Positions 28,367 through 37,542 of a stretch of DNA of 64,000 nt are shown piece by piece. The stretch is from Candidatus Brocadiia bacterium. GTDB lineage: Bacteria; Planctomycetota; Brocadiia; CAIUPP01. Positions within the stretch are counted from its first letter, which is position 1; every line of letters begins with the position of its first letter. Below the pieces are notes generated by a model. The model saw nothing but the letters and a program-made list of their open reading frames with translations, made no database searches and was not told the origin of the DNA. Where the stretch lies: NCBI GenBank assembly GCA_050015075.1, contig JBEKCB010000013.1, positions 50,688 to 114,687 of the forward strand. The letters are read 5' to 3'. The translations under genes and the position numbers were made by a program.

Positions 28367-30706
28367 ATGCATCCCAGTGATTTTGCACTGCTGGTTCGAT
28401 CGGACGCGGTGGACGCGGCCCGGAAGACTTCAAAGCCGGCCAGCTCGCTGATCCATAATCACTCCACCCTTGAAGGACTGCTCTACCCGATCGTGATCGT
28501 CAACCAGCAGGGGAACATCTGCTTCATGAACAGCGCAGCCCGGCACCTGCTCGCCGAAGGACTCGACGCGCGGCTGGCGGCGCACGTCCGCAACCATCCG
28601 GAGATGGGGCCGATCACCCAGGTGCACTTCAAGCTCCAGAACGGGCACGACCTGATTCTCAAGGTCCGCCTCGGCGAGATCGAATGGCTCGGCGAAAAGG
28701 CCATGCAGGTCTCGATCTCGAACGTGACGCCGTATCTGGTCATGATCCAGGAACTGCAGAAAGAGCGCGCGACGCCGAAGCAGGCGCCGGAGGAACCCGC
28801 GGCCCGGCAGCCCGAGGCGGAGCAGCCGCCCGCCGCGCCCAGCGAGGCGCTGGCCAAGCTCCAGGCGGAACTTGCGGACGAGTCTGCCGCCCGCGCCAAG
28901 GCGCAGGAAAACGCCCGCGCCGTGCAGGAGAAACTGGACCACGTCACGCAGGAAAACGCCCGGCTTCAATCGGACCTGGCCCGGGTCGCGCGCGAGAGCG
29001 AGGAATCGAAAGCGTCTCAGACTGCCGAACTGGAGCAGGCCCGCTCGGAACTTAAGCTGGAAGCGGGCAAATCGGCCGAAGCCTCTCGGCCATGGGAAAC
29101 CGAGCGCTCGGGGCTCGTCTCCGGCGCCGCCGCGCTGGCCGCGTCGCTCGAACTGGCGCATCAACAGACCGAGGCGGAAGCCTCGCAGCGCCGGCAAGCC
29201 CAAGCCGATCTCGAGAAGGCCCGCGCCGCCGCGTCCGCGTCCGAGCAGGCCCAGTCCGCGCTGAACCAGGAACTGGAGGCGCTCCGGCGCGACCTGAAGC
29301 AGCGCATCGCCCGCGAAGAAGAGCAATCCGCGCAGGCCGAGACGCTCCAATCCGAACTCTCCGCCGCCGTCGCCGAGCGAGCCGGGCTCGTCTCCGGCGC
29401 CGCCGCGCTGGCGGCGTCGCTCGAACTGGCGCACCAGCAGACCGAGGCGGAAGTCGCGCAGCGCCGGCAAGCGCGGGCCGACCTCCAGAAAGCCCGCGCC
29501 GCTGCGGCCGCATCCAAGCAGGCCCATTCCAAGCTGCGGCAGGAATGGCAGGCGCTCCAGCGCGAGATGGAGCAGCTCACCGTCCGCGCCGAGGAGAAAT
29601 CCGCGCAGGTCGCGAAGCTCCTCGAAGAGAACAAGCGTCTGGCGCAGGACCTCGCCGACCGCGCCCGGAGCGAAAGCGAATTGACCGCCGCGCGCGATGC
29701 CCTCCGATCCGAACTCTCCGCCGCCACGGCCGAGCGCGAGGAATTGCGACGCGAGATCACCGAGCTGCGGCAGCACCTGGCCGCCGCAGAACAGGCCCGG
29801 TCGGAGCAGGCCGAGACGTTAGAGAAGCTGAAAGGCGAAGCCCAGGGCCATGCCGAGGCGCTGGCCCGCGCGCGCGAGGAAGCGGCCGAAGCCGCCAGGC
29901 TCGCGGAGGCCCAGGAGGCCAAAGCCGCAGAGGCGGAGAAGCAGGCCGCTTCGAAAGCGCAGGAACTGGAACAGGTGCGCGGCGAATTGAGCCGCAGCAA
30001 GGACGAAGCCCAGTCCTCGGAGAAAGCCTGGGTGCAGGAGCGCGCCGAGCTTGAACGCAGTGCGCATGAAGGCCTGGAACAGGAGGCCGCGCAAACGGCG
30101 GATGAACTGCGGAGCTTGCGCCTGAAGCTCCATGCGGAAGTCCAGGGGCGGCGGCTCGCGCAGGAGAAGATGGCGCAATTTCAACAGGAGATGGCCGCCT
30201 ACCGGCAGACCCAGAAGAACCCGGCCGCGCTGCGCGAGACGGAAGAGCGGCTCACCAAGCGGGTCCAGGATATGGCCGTGGCGGAGGAGCAAGTCCGCAA
30301 GCTTGCCGAGGAGTTGCGCATCGCCCGCGAGGCGAATATCGAGCAGGACGAGCGCGTGCGCAAGCTGCGCTTTCTCACGAGCGAGTTGAAGAAGAAGAAC
30401 GAGGTCCTGGCCGCGGACGCGCAGGCGCGCGCACAGGAGCAGGCCCTGCTTCAAAGCAAGCTTCACGAGGAGACGGCGGGGCGCCTGGCGGCCGAGGTGG
30501 AAATCGAACGGCTTCACCGGCAACCGGCGCCGGCGAAAGCGCAGGAACCGGCGTCTGAAGAGATTGATGCCGATTTCATCGCGGACCTGCGCCAGGAGAT
30601 CCAGGCCGCTTTGAAAGCCACCGCGTCCAATCACTCGGGCGCGCCTGCGCCTGCCGGGCCGCGCGGAATGATGCCCCGAGCCGGGGCGGCTCAGCGGCGG
30701 CCTTGA
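28367..30706 (+). CDS. PAS-like N-terminal domain plus long coiled coil with internal duplication
   Basis: PIVIVNQQGNICFMNSAARHLL (PAS-like); E/A/Q/R-rich heptads; block repeated at 273-bp offset. Confidence 0.75.
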   Translation: MHPSDFALLVRSDAVDAARKTSKPASSLIHNHSTLEGLLYPIVIVNQQGNICFMNSAARHLLAEGLDARLAAHVRNHPEMGPITQVHFKLQNGHDLILKVRLGEIEWLGEKAMQVSISNVTPYLVMIQELQKERATPKQAPEEPAARQPEAEQPPAAPSEALAKLQAELADESAARAKAQENARAVQEKLDHVTQENARLQSDLARVARESEESKASQTAELEQARSELKLEAGKSAEASRPWETERSGLVSGAAALAASLELAHQQTEAEASQRRQAQADLEKARAAASASEQAQSALNQELEALRRDLKQRIAREEEQSAQAETLQSELSAAVAERAGLVSGAAALAASLELAHQQTEAEVAQRRQARADLQKARAAAAASKQAHSKLRQEWQALQREMEQLTVRAEEKSAQVAKLLEENKRLAQDLADRARSESELTAARDALRSELSAATAEREELRREITELRQHLAAAEQARSEQAETLEKLKGEAQGHAEALARAREEAAEAARLAEAQEAKAAEAEKQAASKAQELEQVRGELSRSKDEAQSSEKAWVQERAELERSAHEGLEQEAAQTADELRSLRLKLHAEVQGRRLAQEKMAQFQQEMAAYRQTQKNPAALRETEERLTKRVQDMAVAEEQVRKLAEELRIAREANIEQDERVRKLRFLTSELKKKNEVLAADAQARAQEQALLQSKLHEETAGRLAAEVEIERLHRQPAPAKAQEPASEEIDADFIADLRQEIQAALKATASNHSGAPAPAGPRGMMPRAGAAQRRP

Positions 30707-30712
30707 TCCATT

Positions 30713-31495
30713 TCAGCGGCCGAGGATCTCGCGCACGAGCGCGGCGTTCTCCTCGACCACGCCGTCCTTATCGCCGCGGTGCATGCCGACGTTCACCACG
30801 TCGGCCGGCTTGATGTTCTCGAAGGCGTACTCGAACGCCATGCGCGGGTCCAGCCGCCCCGAGCCCATGATTTTGTACGCGATGCACGGCTTCCGGATGC
30901 GGCGGACGCAGGCGACCGCCGGCGCGACGTCGCTCAGCCTGAACTTGTCCCCTTTTCCGGCGTGCAGGCTGCCGCAGTTGAAGAAGCAGACGGCGTGGAA
31001 GTCGGCGACGCCCAGTTCGTCCGCCCAGAAATGCACCTCCGGCGCGTGGCCGCCCACGCCGGCCGGCACGCCCAGCAAGCGCGCGCGTTCGCACCAGCCG
31101 CGGACCTTCGCCTCGTCCTTCTGCTGGTAAGCCTCGTCCACCAGCCCGCCATGGAAATACATCGCGCGGCACCCGATCCGCACCGCCTCGTCAATCGCCT
31201 CCTCCATGCTCTGACCGGGGCGGAAGGCGATCTGGGCGATCCACTGGAGCGCGCCGCCGGCGCTGCGATACTCCCGCACCGCCTGGAGGACGTTCGGGGT
31301 GGTGTTGTTGGTCACCATCGTATTGATGCCGGCCGCCTCCGCGCGGTCCCAGGTCTCGCGGATCCGAGCGACGGTGTAGTAAGCGAGCATCGCCTGGTCG
31401 CGCTGGGGGCTCTGGTGGCTGTACCCGGCGAACGGATTCGCGCCCAGGACGAGCCGCGTGACCTTCAACCCGCAGAAATCCACGCACGGTAGCAT
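30713..31495 (-). CDS. Aldo/keto-reductase-like TIM-barrel hypothetical protein
   Basis: VTRLVLGANPF N-terminus, KPCIAYKIMGSGR. Confidence 0.65.
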   Translation of the reverse strand: MLPCVDFCGLKVTRLVLGANPFAGYSHQSPQRDQAMLAYYTVARIRETWDRAEAAGINTMVTNNTTPNVLQAVREYRSAGGALQWIAQIAFRPGQSMEEAIDEAVRIGCRAMYFHGGLVDEAYQQKDEAKVRGWCERARLLGVPAGVGGHAPEVHFWADELGVADFHAVCFFNCGSLHAGKGDKFRLSDVAPAVACVRRIRKPCIAYKIMGSGRLDPRMAFEYAFENIKPADVVNVGMHRGDKDGVVEENAALVREILGR

Positions 31496-31554
31496 ATCGG
31501 CATCCTACCACACCGGCGGTCCTTTTCCCAGGCAGACCCGCGCCGCGAAATTCC

Positions 31555-31583
31555 TTGAATCGGCTTTTGCAGGCTGCTATACT
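31555..31583 (+). promoter_or_regulatory. Sigma70 promoter with extended -10
   Basis: TTGAAT-N17-TATACT with TG two bases before the -10. Confidence 0.65.
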
Positions 31584-31799
31584 TTCAGTGTGGGGTGTGG
31601 AATGGGGAAAATCGGCAAATCGGAGAGGGGGTTCCGTCGGCACTGATCCACTTCCATCGTGCGCGTACGCAGGAAGGAGGCCCGCGTGAGCCAAAGCTGA
31701 GGTCGCCGTCGCACTCCTGCGACTTGGGCGGCTGAGGGCAGCCGCCGCTGAGGCATTTTCCGCAGGGGTTATGGGTAATTTGCCATCATGGAGGGCACG

Positions 31800-31982
31800 A
31801 TGAAGAAGACCGATCTTCGCAAAGTTCTGGCCGCAGTGACGGTGGTGAGCGTGGCGGCGGGCCTCGTCCTCGCGGGCGGCTGCAAGAGCAGTTGCAGCGG
31901 CGGATCGTGCAGCGGCGGCAAACCCGCCACGACCGATACTACGCAGCCGAAGAGTTCCTGCTCCGGCGGCACCGCCAAGTAA
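31800..31982 (+). CDS. Small peptide resembling SbtA/selenobiotic-family RiPP precursors (alternative: small lipoprotein)
   Basis: MKKTDLRKVLAAVTVVSVAAG leader followed by three SCSGG motifs; GGAGGG SD. Confidence 0.65.
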   Translation: MKKTDLRKVLAAVTVVSVAAGLVLAGGCKSSCSGGSCSGGKPATTDTTQPKSSCSGGTAK

Positions 31983-32009
31983 TCGCGCGGGCTGGGAGCC
32001 GTTCTCGAG

Positions 32010-32056
32010 ACCTCGCGCCCTGCAAGGCGATGCCGTGGAGCAGGGCGCGAGGTTTT
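32010..32056 (+). terminator. Rho-independent terminator
   Basis: ACCTCGCGCCCTGC / GCAGGGCGCGAGGT stem followed by TTT. Confidence 0.65.
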
Positions 32057-32080
32057 CGCTTCGACTCGCGTCTTCGTAAC

Positions 32081-32106
32081 GTCATTCCCGCGCAAGCGGG
32101 AATCCA
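32081..32106. repeat. Single GTCATTCCCGCG...GCGGGAATCCA REP
   Basis: ATTCCCGC-GCAA-GCGGGAAT hairpin. Confidence 0.65.
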
Positions 32107-32245
32107 CTTTTTCGTTGTGCGGCCTGGCCGCCGCAGGCAGGGAGTGAAAAGGCGCCTTTTTCAGCAGGCCCACGATCCCCCACACATTTATTGCAGAGAT
32201 GACGACCGCCCGCCTTAGCAGTTCCACCGATTCAGGGCCCCACGC

Positions 32246-33394
32246 TCAGGGTGTCGCCTTCTCAATCTTCTGCAACGCCTCTAGCGCCTCAACATTGCCC
32301 TGGTCGGCGGCCTTGCGGTACCACTTCACCGCCTCGGCCTTATCCTGCACGACGCCTCCGCCATTGTCGTAGCAGACCCCGAGGTTGTATTGCGCTGCCG
32401 CGTAGCCCTGGTCGGCGGCCTTGCGGTACCACTTCACTGCCTCGGCCCTGTCTTGGGCTACGCCTCCGCCTTTATAGTAGCAGTTCCCGAGGTTGAATTG
32501 CGCCTTTGCGTAGCCTTGGTCTGCGGCCTTGCGATACCACTTGACCGCCACGGCCTTGTCCTGCTCGATGCCTCCGCCATTGTCGTAGCAGACCCCGAGG
32601 TTGTATTGCGCCCCCGCGTCGCCCTGGTCTACAGCCTTGCGGAACCACTTCACCGCCTCGGTCCTGTCTTGGGCTACGCCTCCGCCATTGTAATAGCAGT
32701 TCCCGAGGTTACATTGCGCCTGCGCGTAGTCCTGGTCTGCGGCCTTGCGATACCACTTCACCGCCGCAGCCTTGTCCTGCACGACGCCATCGCCATTGTC
32801 GTAGCAGACCCCGAGGTTGTATTGCGCCCCCGCGTCGCCCTGGTCCGCGGCCTTGCGGAACCACTTCACCGCCTCGACCCTGTCCTGGGCGACGCCTTCG
32901 GCATTGTAGTAGCAGAGGCCGAGGTTGTATTGTGCCGCCGCGAAGCACTGGTCTGCGGCCTTGCGGAACCACTTCGCCGCCTCGGCCCTGTCCTGGGTGA
33001 CTCCTTCGCCATTGTAATAGCGGTTCCCGAGGTTGACTTGCGCCGCTGCGTCGCCCTGGTCTGCGGCCTTGCGGTACCACTTTACCGCGGCGGCCTTGTC
33101 CTCGGCGAAGCCTTCGCCATTGTCGTAGCAGAGCCCGAGGTTGTATTGCGCCTGCGGCAGGCCCTGCTCTGCGGCCTTGCGGTACCACTTCGCCGCCTCG
33201 GCCTTGTCCTGGGTGACACCTTCGCCATTGTCGTAGCAGACACCGAGGTTGTATTGCGCCTCCGCGTCGCCTTTCTCTGCGGCCGCGCGATACTGGTCCA
33301 CGCTTTGGGGACGGAGAATAGAAATTGCAATGAAAGCGGACAGAGCGAATACTACGACTAGGATGACGCCTATCAAGAATGACTTCCGGCTCAT
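32246..33394 (-). CDS. Sel1-like repeat protein (9 repeats) with N-terminal membrane anchor
   Basis: 36-aa repeats AQYNLGxCYxNGxGVxQDxxxAxKW(Y/F)RKAADQG. Confidence 0.93.
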   Translation of the reverse strand: MSRKSFLIGVILVVVFALSAFIAISILRPQSVDQYRAAAEKGDAEAQYNLGVCYDNGEGVTQDKAEAAKWYRKAAEQGLPQAQYNLGLCYDNGEGFAEDKAAAVKWYRKAADQGDAAAQVNLGNRYYNGEGVTQDRAEAAKWFRKAADQCFAAAQYNLGLCYYNAEGVAQDRVEAVKWFRKAADQGDAGAQYNLGVCYDNGDGVVQDKAAAVKWYRKAADQDYAQAQCNLGNCYYNGGGVAQDRTEAVKWFRKAVDQGDAGAQYNLGVCYDNGGGIEQDKAVAVKWYRKAADQGYAKAQFNLGNCYYKGGGVAQDRAEAVKWYRKAADQGYAAAQYNLGVCYDNGGGVVQDKAEAVKWYRKAADQGNVEALEALQKIEKATP

Positions 33395-33590
33395 GAAGCG
33401 CTCCTTACGTTCTCAGGAGTTCGTGTTCCTTTCCACCCCCGTTTGAGCCGAGGCAACGCCATCCTCTCCGGCGCGCCTTGACAAGAAAAATGGCCGGCAC
33501 AATACATGCTTTAAAAGCTGATACCTTTGTGTTTAGGTGGTGAATTCAGCCCATTCGCGAACCCCTCAGTCCGCATTCATCACTCGCCGG

Positions 33591-34382
33591 TCATGAATCC
33601 GCGACCACCGGATTGCGCAGCGTGCCGATCCCCTCGATCTCCACCTCATACGAGTCGCCCGGCTTCAGCCAGACCGGCGGCTTGCGCGCGAAGCCGACTC
33701 CGGCGGGCGTGCCGGTCAGCAGCACCGTGCCGGGCAGCAGCGTCATCCCGCGAGAGAGGTAGCTGATCACGGACCGGACGCTGAAGATCAGCTCCGAGGT
33801 GTTCGCCTCCTGCATCGTCCGCCCGTTCAGCCGGCCGCGGATGCGGAGGTTCGCAGGATCCAGTTCCGTCTCGATCCACGGGCCGAGCGGGCCGAACGTG
33901 TCGAACGACTTGGACCGCGACCACTGTCCGTCGCCGGCCTGGCAGTCGCGCGCGCTCACGTCGTTGGCGCAGGTGTAGCCGAGCACGCAATCGAGCGCGT
34001 CCATTTCGCTCACTCGGCGGGCGGGCTTGCCTATGACCACCGCCAGTTCCGCCTCGAAATCCACCTGGCCGGGCGCCGCCGACGGGATCACGATCGGGTC
34101 GTCCGGCCCGATCACGCACGAGGTCGCCTTGATGAAGAGCAGCGGCGCCTTCGGCGGCGCGCCGCCGCCCTCCGCCGCGTGCGCGCGATAGTTCCGGCCG
34201 AGGCAGAGCAGGTTGGCCGGCGCGATCGGCGCGAGCAGCCGCAGTTCCTTCAGCGGCAGGACCCGGGAAGGACTTTCGCGCCGCGGGCCGAACAGGTCCC
34301 CTTCGATCACATCAAGCGAATCGCCGCGCACGACGCCGTGCAGAATTTTCCCGCCGGCGGTCCGAACACGCGCCAGACGCAT
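33591..34382 (-). CDS. Fumarylacetoacetate hydrolase family protein
   Basis: GRNYRAH, DFEAELAVVIG, NDVSARD, KSFDTF, TGTPAGVG. Confidence 0.92.
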   Translation of the reverse strand: MRLARVRTAGGKILHGVVRGDSLDVIEGDLFGPRRESPSRVLPLKELRLLAPIAPANLLCLGRNYRAHAAEGGGAPPKAPLLFIKATSCVIGPDDPIVIPSAAPGQVDFEAELAVVIGKPARRVSEMDALDCVLGYTCANDVSARDCQAGDGQWSRSKSFDTFGPLGPWIETELDPANLRIRGRLNGRTMQEANTSELIFSVRSVISYLSRGMTLLPGTVLLTGTPAGVGFARKPPVWLKPGDSYEVEIEGIGTLRNPVVADS

Positions 34383-34410
34383 AGTTTCTCGCTTTTTCTA
34401 TAACCTTTGG

Positions 34411-34524
34411 ATTCACCACCCGGACACTAAGACACCAAGAACGGCGGAGATTGGGTAATTAGGAAATTCGGAAATTGGGATTCGGTAACGCGGCCGTCCT
34501 AATTTCCCAATCTCCCAATCTCCA
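34411..34524. repeat. ACCAC-type left arm followed by an octamer (GGAGATTG) palindrome
   Basis: TTCACCACCCGGACACTAAGACACCAAG, then GGAGATTG...CAATCTCC arms. Confidence 0.75.
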
Positions 34525-34643
34525 AGCCGTGTTCCTTTCACGAACAATACCATAATCAGCAAACGATGGAAAACCGGCGCACAATATTGTATGGTGATTG
34601 CGTGGGTTTCGCCCCGTTCTTCTGGTTTTTGAGGGAGAGCGCC

Positions 34644-35537
34644 ATGCCGGAAGCCGACCACGCCGCGAAGGAGAAGGAGTTCTTTCTCGACATCCCGGTG
34701 GTGACGCCCGGGTTCTTCCTCAAGGGCGCCGGCTCGTACGATTGGGGGATGAAGAACCGGCTGGCGCGCATCTTCCGGCCGAGCAGCGGGCGGACGGTGA
34801 TGCTGGCGATTGACCACGGCTATTTCCAGGGGCCGACGACCGGGCTCGAGCGCGTGGACGTCACCATCGTGCCGCTGATCCCGTATGCCGACGCGCTGAT
34901 GCTCACGCGCGGCATCCTGCGCACGACGATCCCGCCCGCGACGACCAAGCCCGTCGTCATGCGCGCCAGCGGCGGACCGAGCATCCTCAAGGAACTTTCC
35001 AACGAGGAGATCGCCGTGGATATCGAGGACGCCGTGCGAATGAACGTGGCCGCCGTGGCGATCCAGGTGTTCATCGGCGGCGAGTTCGAGACGCGCTCGG
35101 TCCACAACATGACGCGCCTCGTGGACCAGGGGCTGCGCTGCGGCATTCCCGTCCTCGGCGTCACCGCCGTCGGCAAGAACATGGTGCGCGACGCGCAGTA
35201 CTTCCGGCTGGCCTGCCGCATCTGCGCCGAGCTCGGCGCGCAATTCGTCAAGACGTACTACCTCGCCGAGGACTTCGAGACCGTCACCGCCAGTTGCCCC
35301 GTGCCGATCGTGATGGCCGGCGGGAAGAAAATTCCCGAGCTCGACGCGCTGACCATGGCCTGGAACGCCATCCAGCAGGGCGCCGCCGGCGTGGACATGG
35401 GCCGCAACGTCTTCCAGAGCGACGCGCCCGTGGCGATGATCCAGGCCGTCAACGCCGTCGTCCACGACGGCCTGAAACCGAAGCAGGCGCTGGAACTTTA
35501 CGAAACGCTGAAACGCGATCACCGGAAACGGCCTTGA
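34644..35537 (+). CDS. lsrF: LsrF-type thiolase/class I aldolase
   Basis: [51 protein letters not shown]. Confidence 0.88.
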   Translation: MPEADHAAKEKEFFLDIPVVTPGFFLKGAGSYDWGMKNRLARIFRPSSGRTVMLAIDHGYFQGPTTGLERVDVTIVPLIPYADALMLTRGILRTTIPPATTKPVVMRASGGPSILKELSNEEIAVDIEDAVRMNVAAVAIQVFIGGEFETRSVHNMTRLVDQGLRCGIPVLGVTAVGKNMVRDAQYFRLACRICAELGAQFVKTYYLAEDFETVTASCPVPIVMAGGKKIPELDALTMAWNAIQQGAAGVDMGRNVFQSDAPVAMIQAVNAVVHDGLKPKQALELYETLKRDHRKRP

Positions 35538-35593
35538 CCCGGAAGCGCCGGCGCGCCGATGGGTGAAGACACGGGCCACGAAAGGAGCGCGGG

Positions 35594-36037
35594 ATGAAGA
35601 CGAAGTTGCTCGCACTGTTGCTCGCAGCGGTCCTTGCGACGTGCGCGATGGCGGCGCCGGATGCCGGCAGCCTTCCGCCCATCATCCGCTCCGGCTTGGC
35701 CAAGTACAAGGCCGACGGCGCGCAGGCGGCGGTCAACGCGTGGATGATCGGCAGCCCGATCGCGCTGAGCGAGGAGCCCCAACACCAGGTCCACGCGCTG
35801 CGGGCCTTCGAGGGCCAGTTCGGCGTCTACCAGGACTTCCACGTCGTCCGCATCGTCTCGATCTCGCCGACCACGCAGATGATTTACATCCAGCTCGACT
35901 ATGTCAACGGCCCGGCGTTCGGGAAATTCCTCGCCTACCAGGCGAGGGAGTCGTGGAATGTCGTCAGCTTCGGCTTCGGCGCCGACCCGGAAGTCGTCTG
36001 GGGCCTCAGCCTCTTCGGCGCGCCGGATATGCAGTGA
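35594..36037 (+). CDS. Hypothetical secreted protein
   Basis: Signal peptide MKTKLLALLLAAVLATCAMA; AAGGAG SD. Confidence 0.7.
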   Translation: MKTKLLALLLAAVLATCAMAAPDAGSLPPIIRSGLAKYKADGAQAAVNAWMIGSPIALSEEPQHQVHALRAFEGQFGVYQDFHVVRIVSISPTTQMIYIQLDYVNGPAFGKFLAYQARESWNVVSFGFGADPEVVWGLSLFGAPDMQ

Positions 36038-36109
36038 ACGGTCTGAGGGAATTACCTGATAGAATAACAGGATTACCTGGCCTGATTTGAAATCGTTAGG
36101 AAACCCTCC

Positions 36110-36457
36110 GTGGCGCAGGGCAGAAAAATGTGGGTCGCGGGTCTGGCGCTGAGCTGCTTCTGCGCGGCCGGCTGTGCCTCGCTCTGGCGGCCCGTTCCGC
36201 AGCAGGTCGTGCCGCCGACGGCGGGCGGTGATGTCAACTTTAAGCCCATCACGCCGCCGCCGCCGCTGCACGAGACCGTTCCCGACGCACCCTCGGACGA
36301 GCACGTCTGGATTCCCGGTTACTGGATCTGGCGAAACGGCTACTACGTCTGGTCGCCCGGCCGCTGGGTGATTCCGCCGCACCCGGGCGCCAAGTGGGTG
36401 CCCGACAAATGGTCGCCCGGCTATACCACTCCGGACGTTCCCGGGCATTGGGAATAG
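36110..36457 (+). CDS. YXWGXW-repeat small lipoprotein
   Basis: AAGC lipobox-like motif; VWIPGYW, VWSPGRW, KWVPDKW, VPGHW repeats. Confidence 0.75.
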   Translation: MAQGRKMWVAGLALSCFCAAGCASLWRPVPQQVVPPTAGGDVNFKPITPPPPLHETVPDAPSDEHVWIPGYWIWRNGYYVWSPGRWVIPPHPGAKWVPDKWSPGYTTPDVPGHWE

Positions 36458-36538
36458 CCCGCGCAGAGGGCCGCGCCCGAAGAGAGACTCAGCGGTTTGT
36501 TTCCGGCGAAGGAGCAGCGAGTGAGTTTTGCCACGGCG

Positions 36539-37540
36539 ATGAGCGCCGCTGAGTGTCGGACCGCGAAAGCGGCGGCGCGGCGCCGGCGGATTCTGCGCAT
36601 CGCCGCGGCGCTCGCGATCGCGGCCATGCCGGCGGCCTGCAATCGCACCGAAAGCCCGCGCGTGCAGGGTTACGTCGAGGGCGAGTATGTGTACGTCGCC
36701 GCGCCTGCGTCCGGGCAATTGGAAGCCCTGACCGTGCAGCGGGGCCGGCAGGTGAACGCCGGCGACGCGCTCTTCGCCCTCGAAAGCGCCCGCGAACAGC
36801 ACGCGCGCGACGAAGCCGCCCAGCGCCTGGCCCAGGCGCGCGCCACGCTGGAAGACGTGAAGAAGGGAAGACGCCCCACCGAAATCGAATCGCTGGAGGC
36901 GCAACTGACCCAGGCGCACGCGGCGCTGGATTTCTCGGAGAAGGAATACCAGCGCGAGGCGGACCTGGTCGCCGGCGGCGCGACCACTGCCGAGTCGCTC
37001 GACCGGGCGCGGTCCGCGCGCGACGAGGACCGCCAGCGCGTGGCGCAAGTGACCGCCGACCTGGCCACGGCGCGCCTGGGCGCGCGGGAAGACCAGGTCG
37101 CCGCGGCCGAGGCGGAAGCGCACGCGGCCGAGGCCGTCCTGGCGCAGGCGGAATGGGCCCTGGCCCAGCGACGCCAGGCCGCCCCGCAGGCCGGGCTGGT
37201 CTTCGACACGCTCTACCGAGAAGGCGAATGGGTCGCCGCCGGCCGGCCCGTCGTCGTCCTGCTCCCGCCGGCCTCCATCAAGGTGCGCGTCTTCGTGCCG
37301 GAGCGCCGCGTCGGCGCGCTGCATGCGGGCGACGCCGCGCGCGTCATCGTGGACGGCGTGCCCGAGCCGCTCGCCGGGCGGATCAGCTTCATCTCGCCCC
37401 AGGCCGAGTACACTCCGCCGGTCATCTTCAGCGAGGAGAGCCGGTCGAAGCTGGTCTTCATGATCGAGCTGACGTTCGACCCGGCGGTCGCCGCGAGCCT
37501 CCATCCCGGCCAGCCTGTGGATGTGGAATTCGGTCCCTGA
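36539..37540 (+). CDS. HlyD-family secretion/efflux adaptor (YbhG-like)
   Basis: QGYVEGEYVYV, ISPQAEYTPPVI, HPGQPV; start uncertain. Confidence 0.85.
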   Translation: MSAAECRTAKAAARRRRILRIAAALAIAAMPAACNRTESPRVQGYVEGEYVYVAAPASGQLEALTVQRGRQVNAGDALFALESAREQHARDEAAQRLAQARATLEDVKKGRRPTEIESLEAQLTQAHAALDFSEKEYQREADLVAGGATTAESLDRARSARDEDRQRVAQVTADLATARLGAREDQVAAAEAEAHAAEAVLAQAEWALAQRRQAAPQAGLVFDTLYREGEWVAAGRPVVVLLPPASIKVRVFVPERRVGALHAGDAARVIVDGVPEPLAGRISFISPQAEYTPPVIFSEESRSKLVFMIELTFDPAVAASLHPGQPVDVEFGP

Positions 37541-37542
37541 AG

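Noticed and set aside
32115-32175. IS-like end (TTTTTCAGCAGGCC)
   Set aside because: No convincing partner end and no transposase
32246-33394. 108-bp DNA repeats as an array or DGR target
   Set aside because: Fully explained by Sel1 protein repeats; no reverse transcriptase or adenine-specific variation seen
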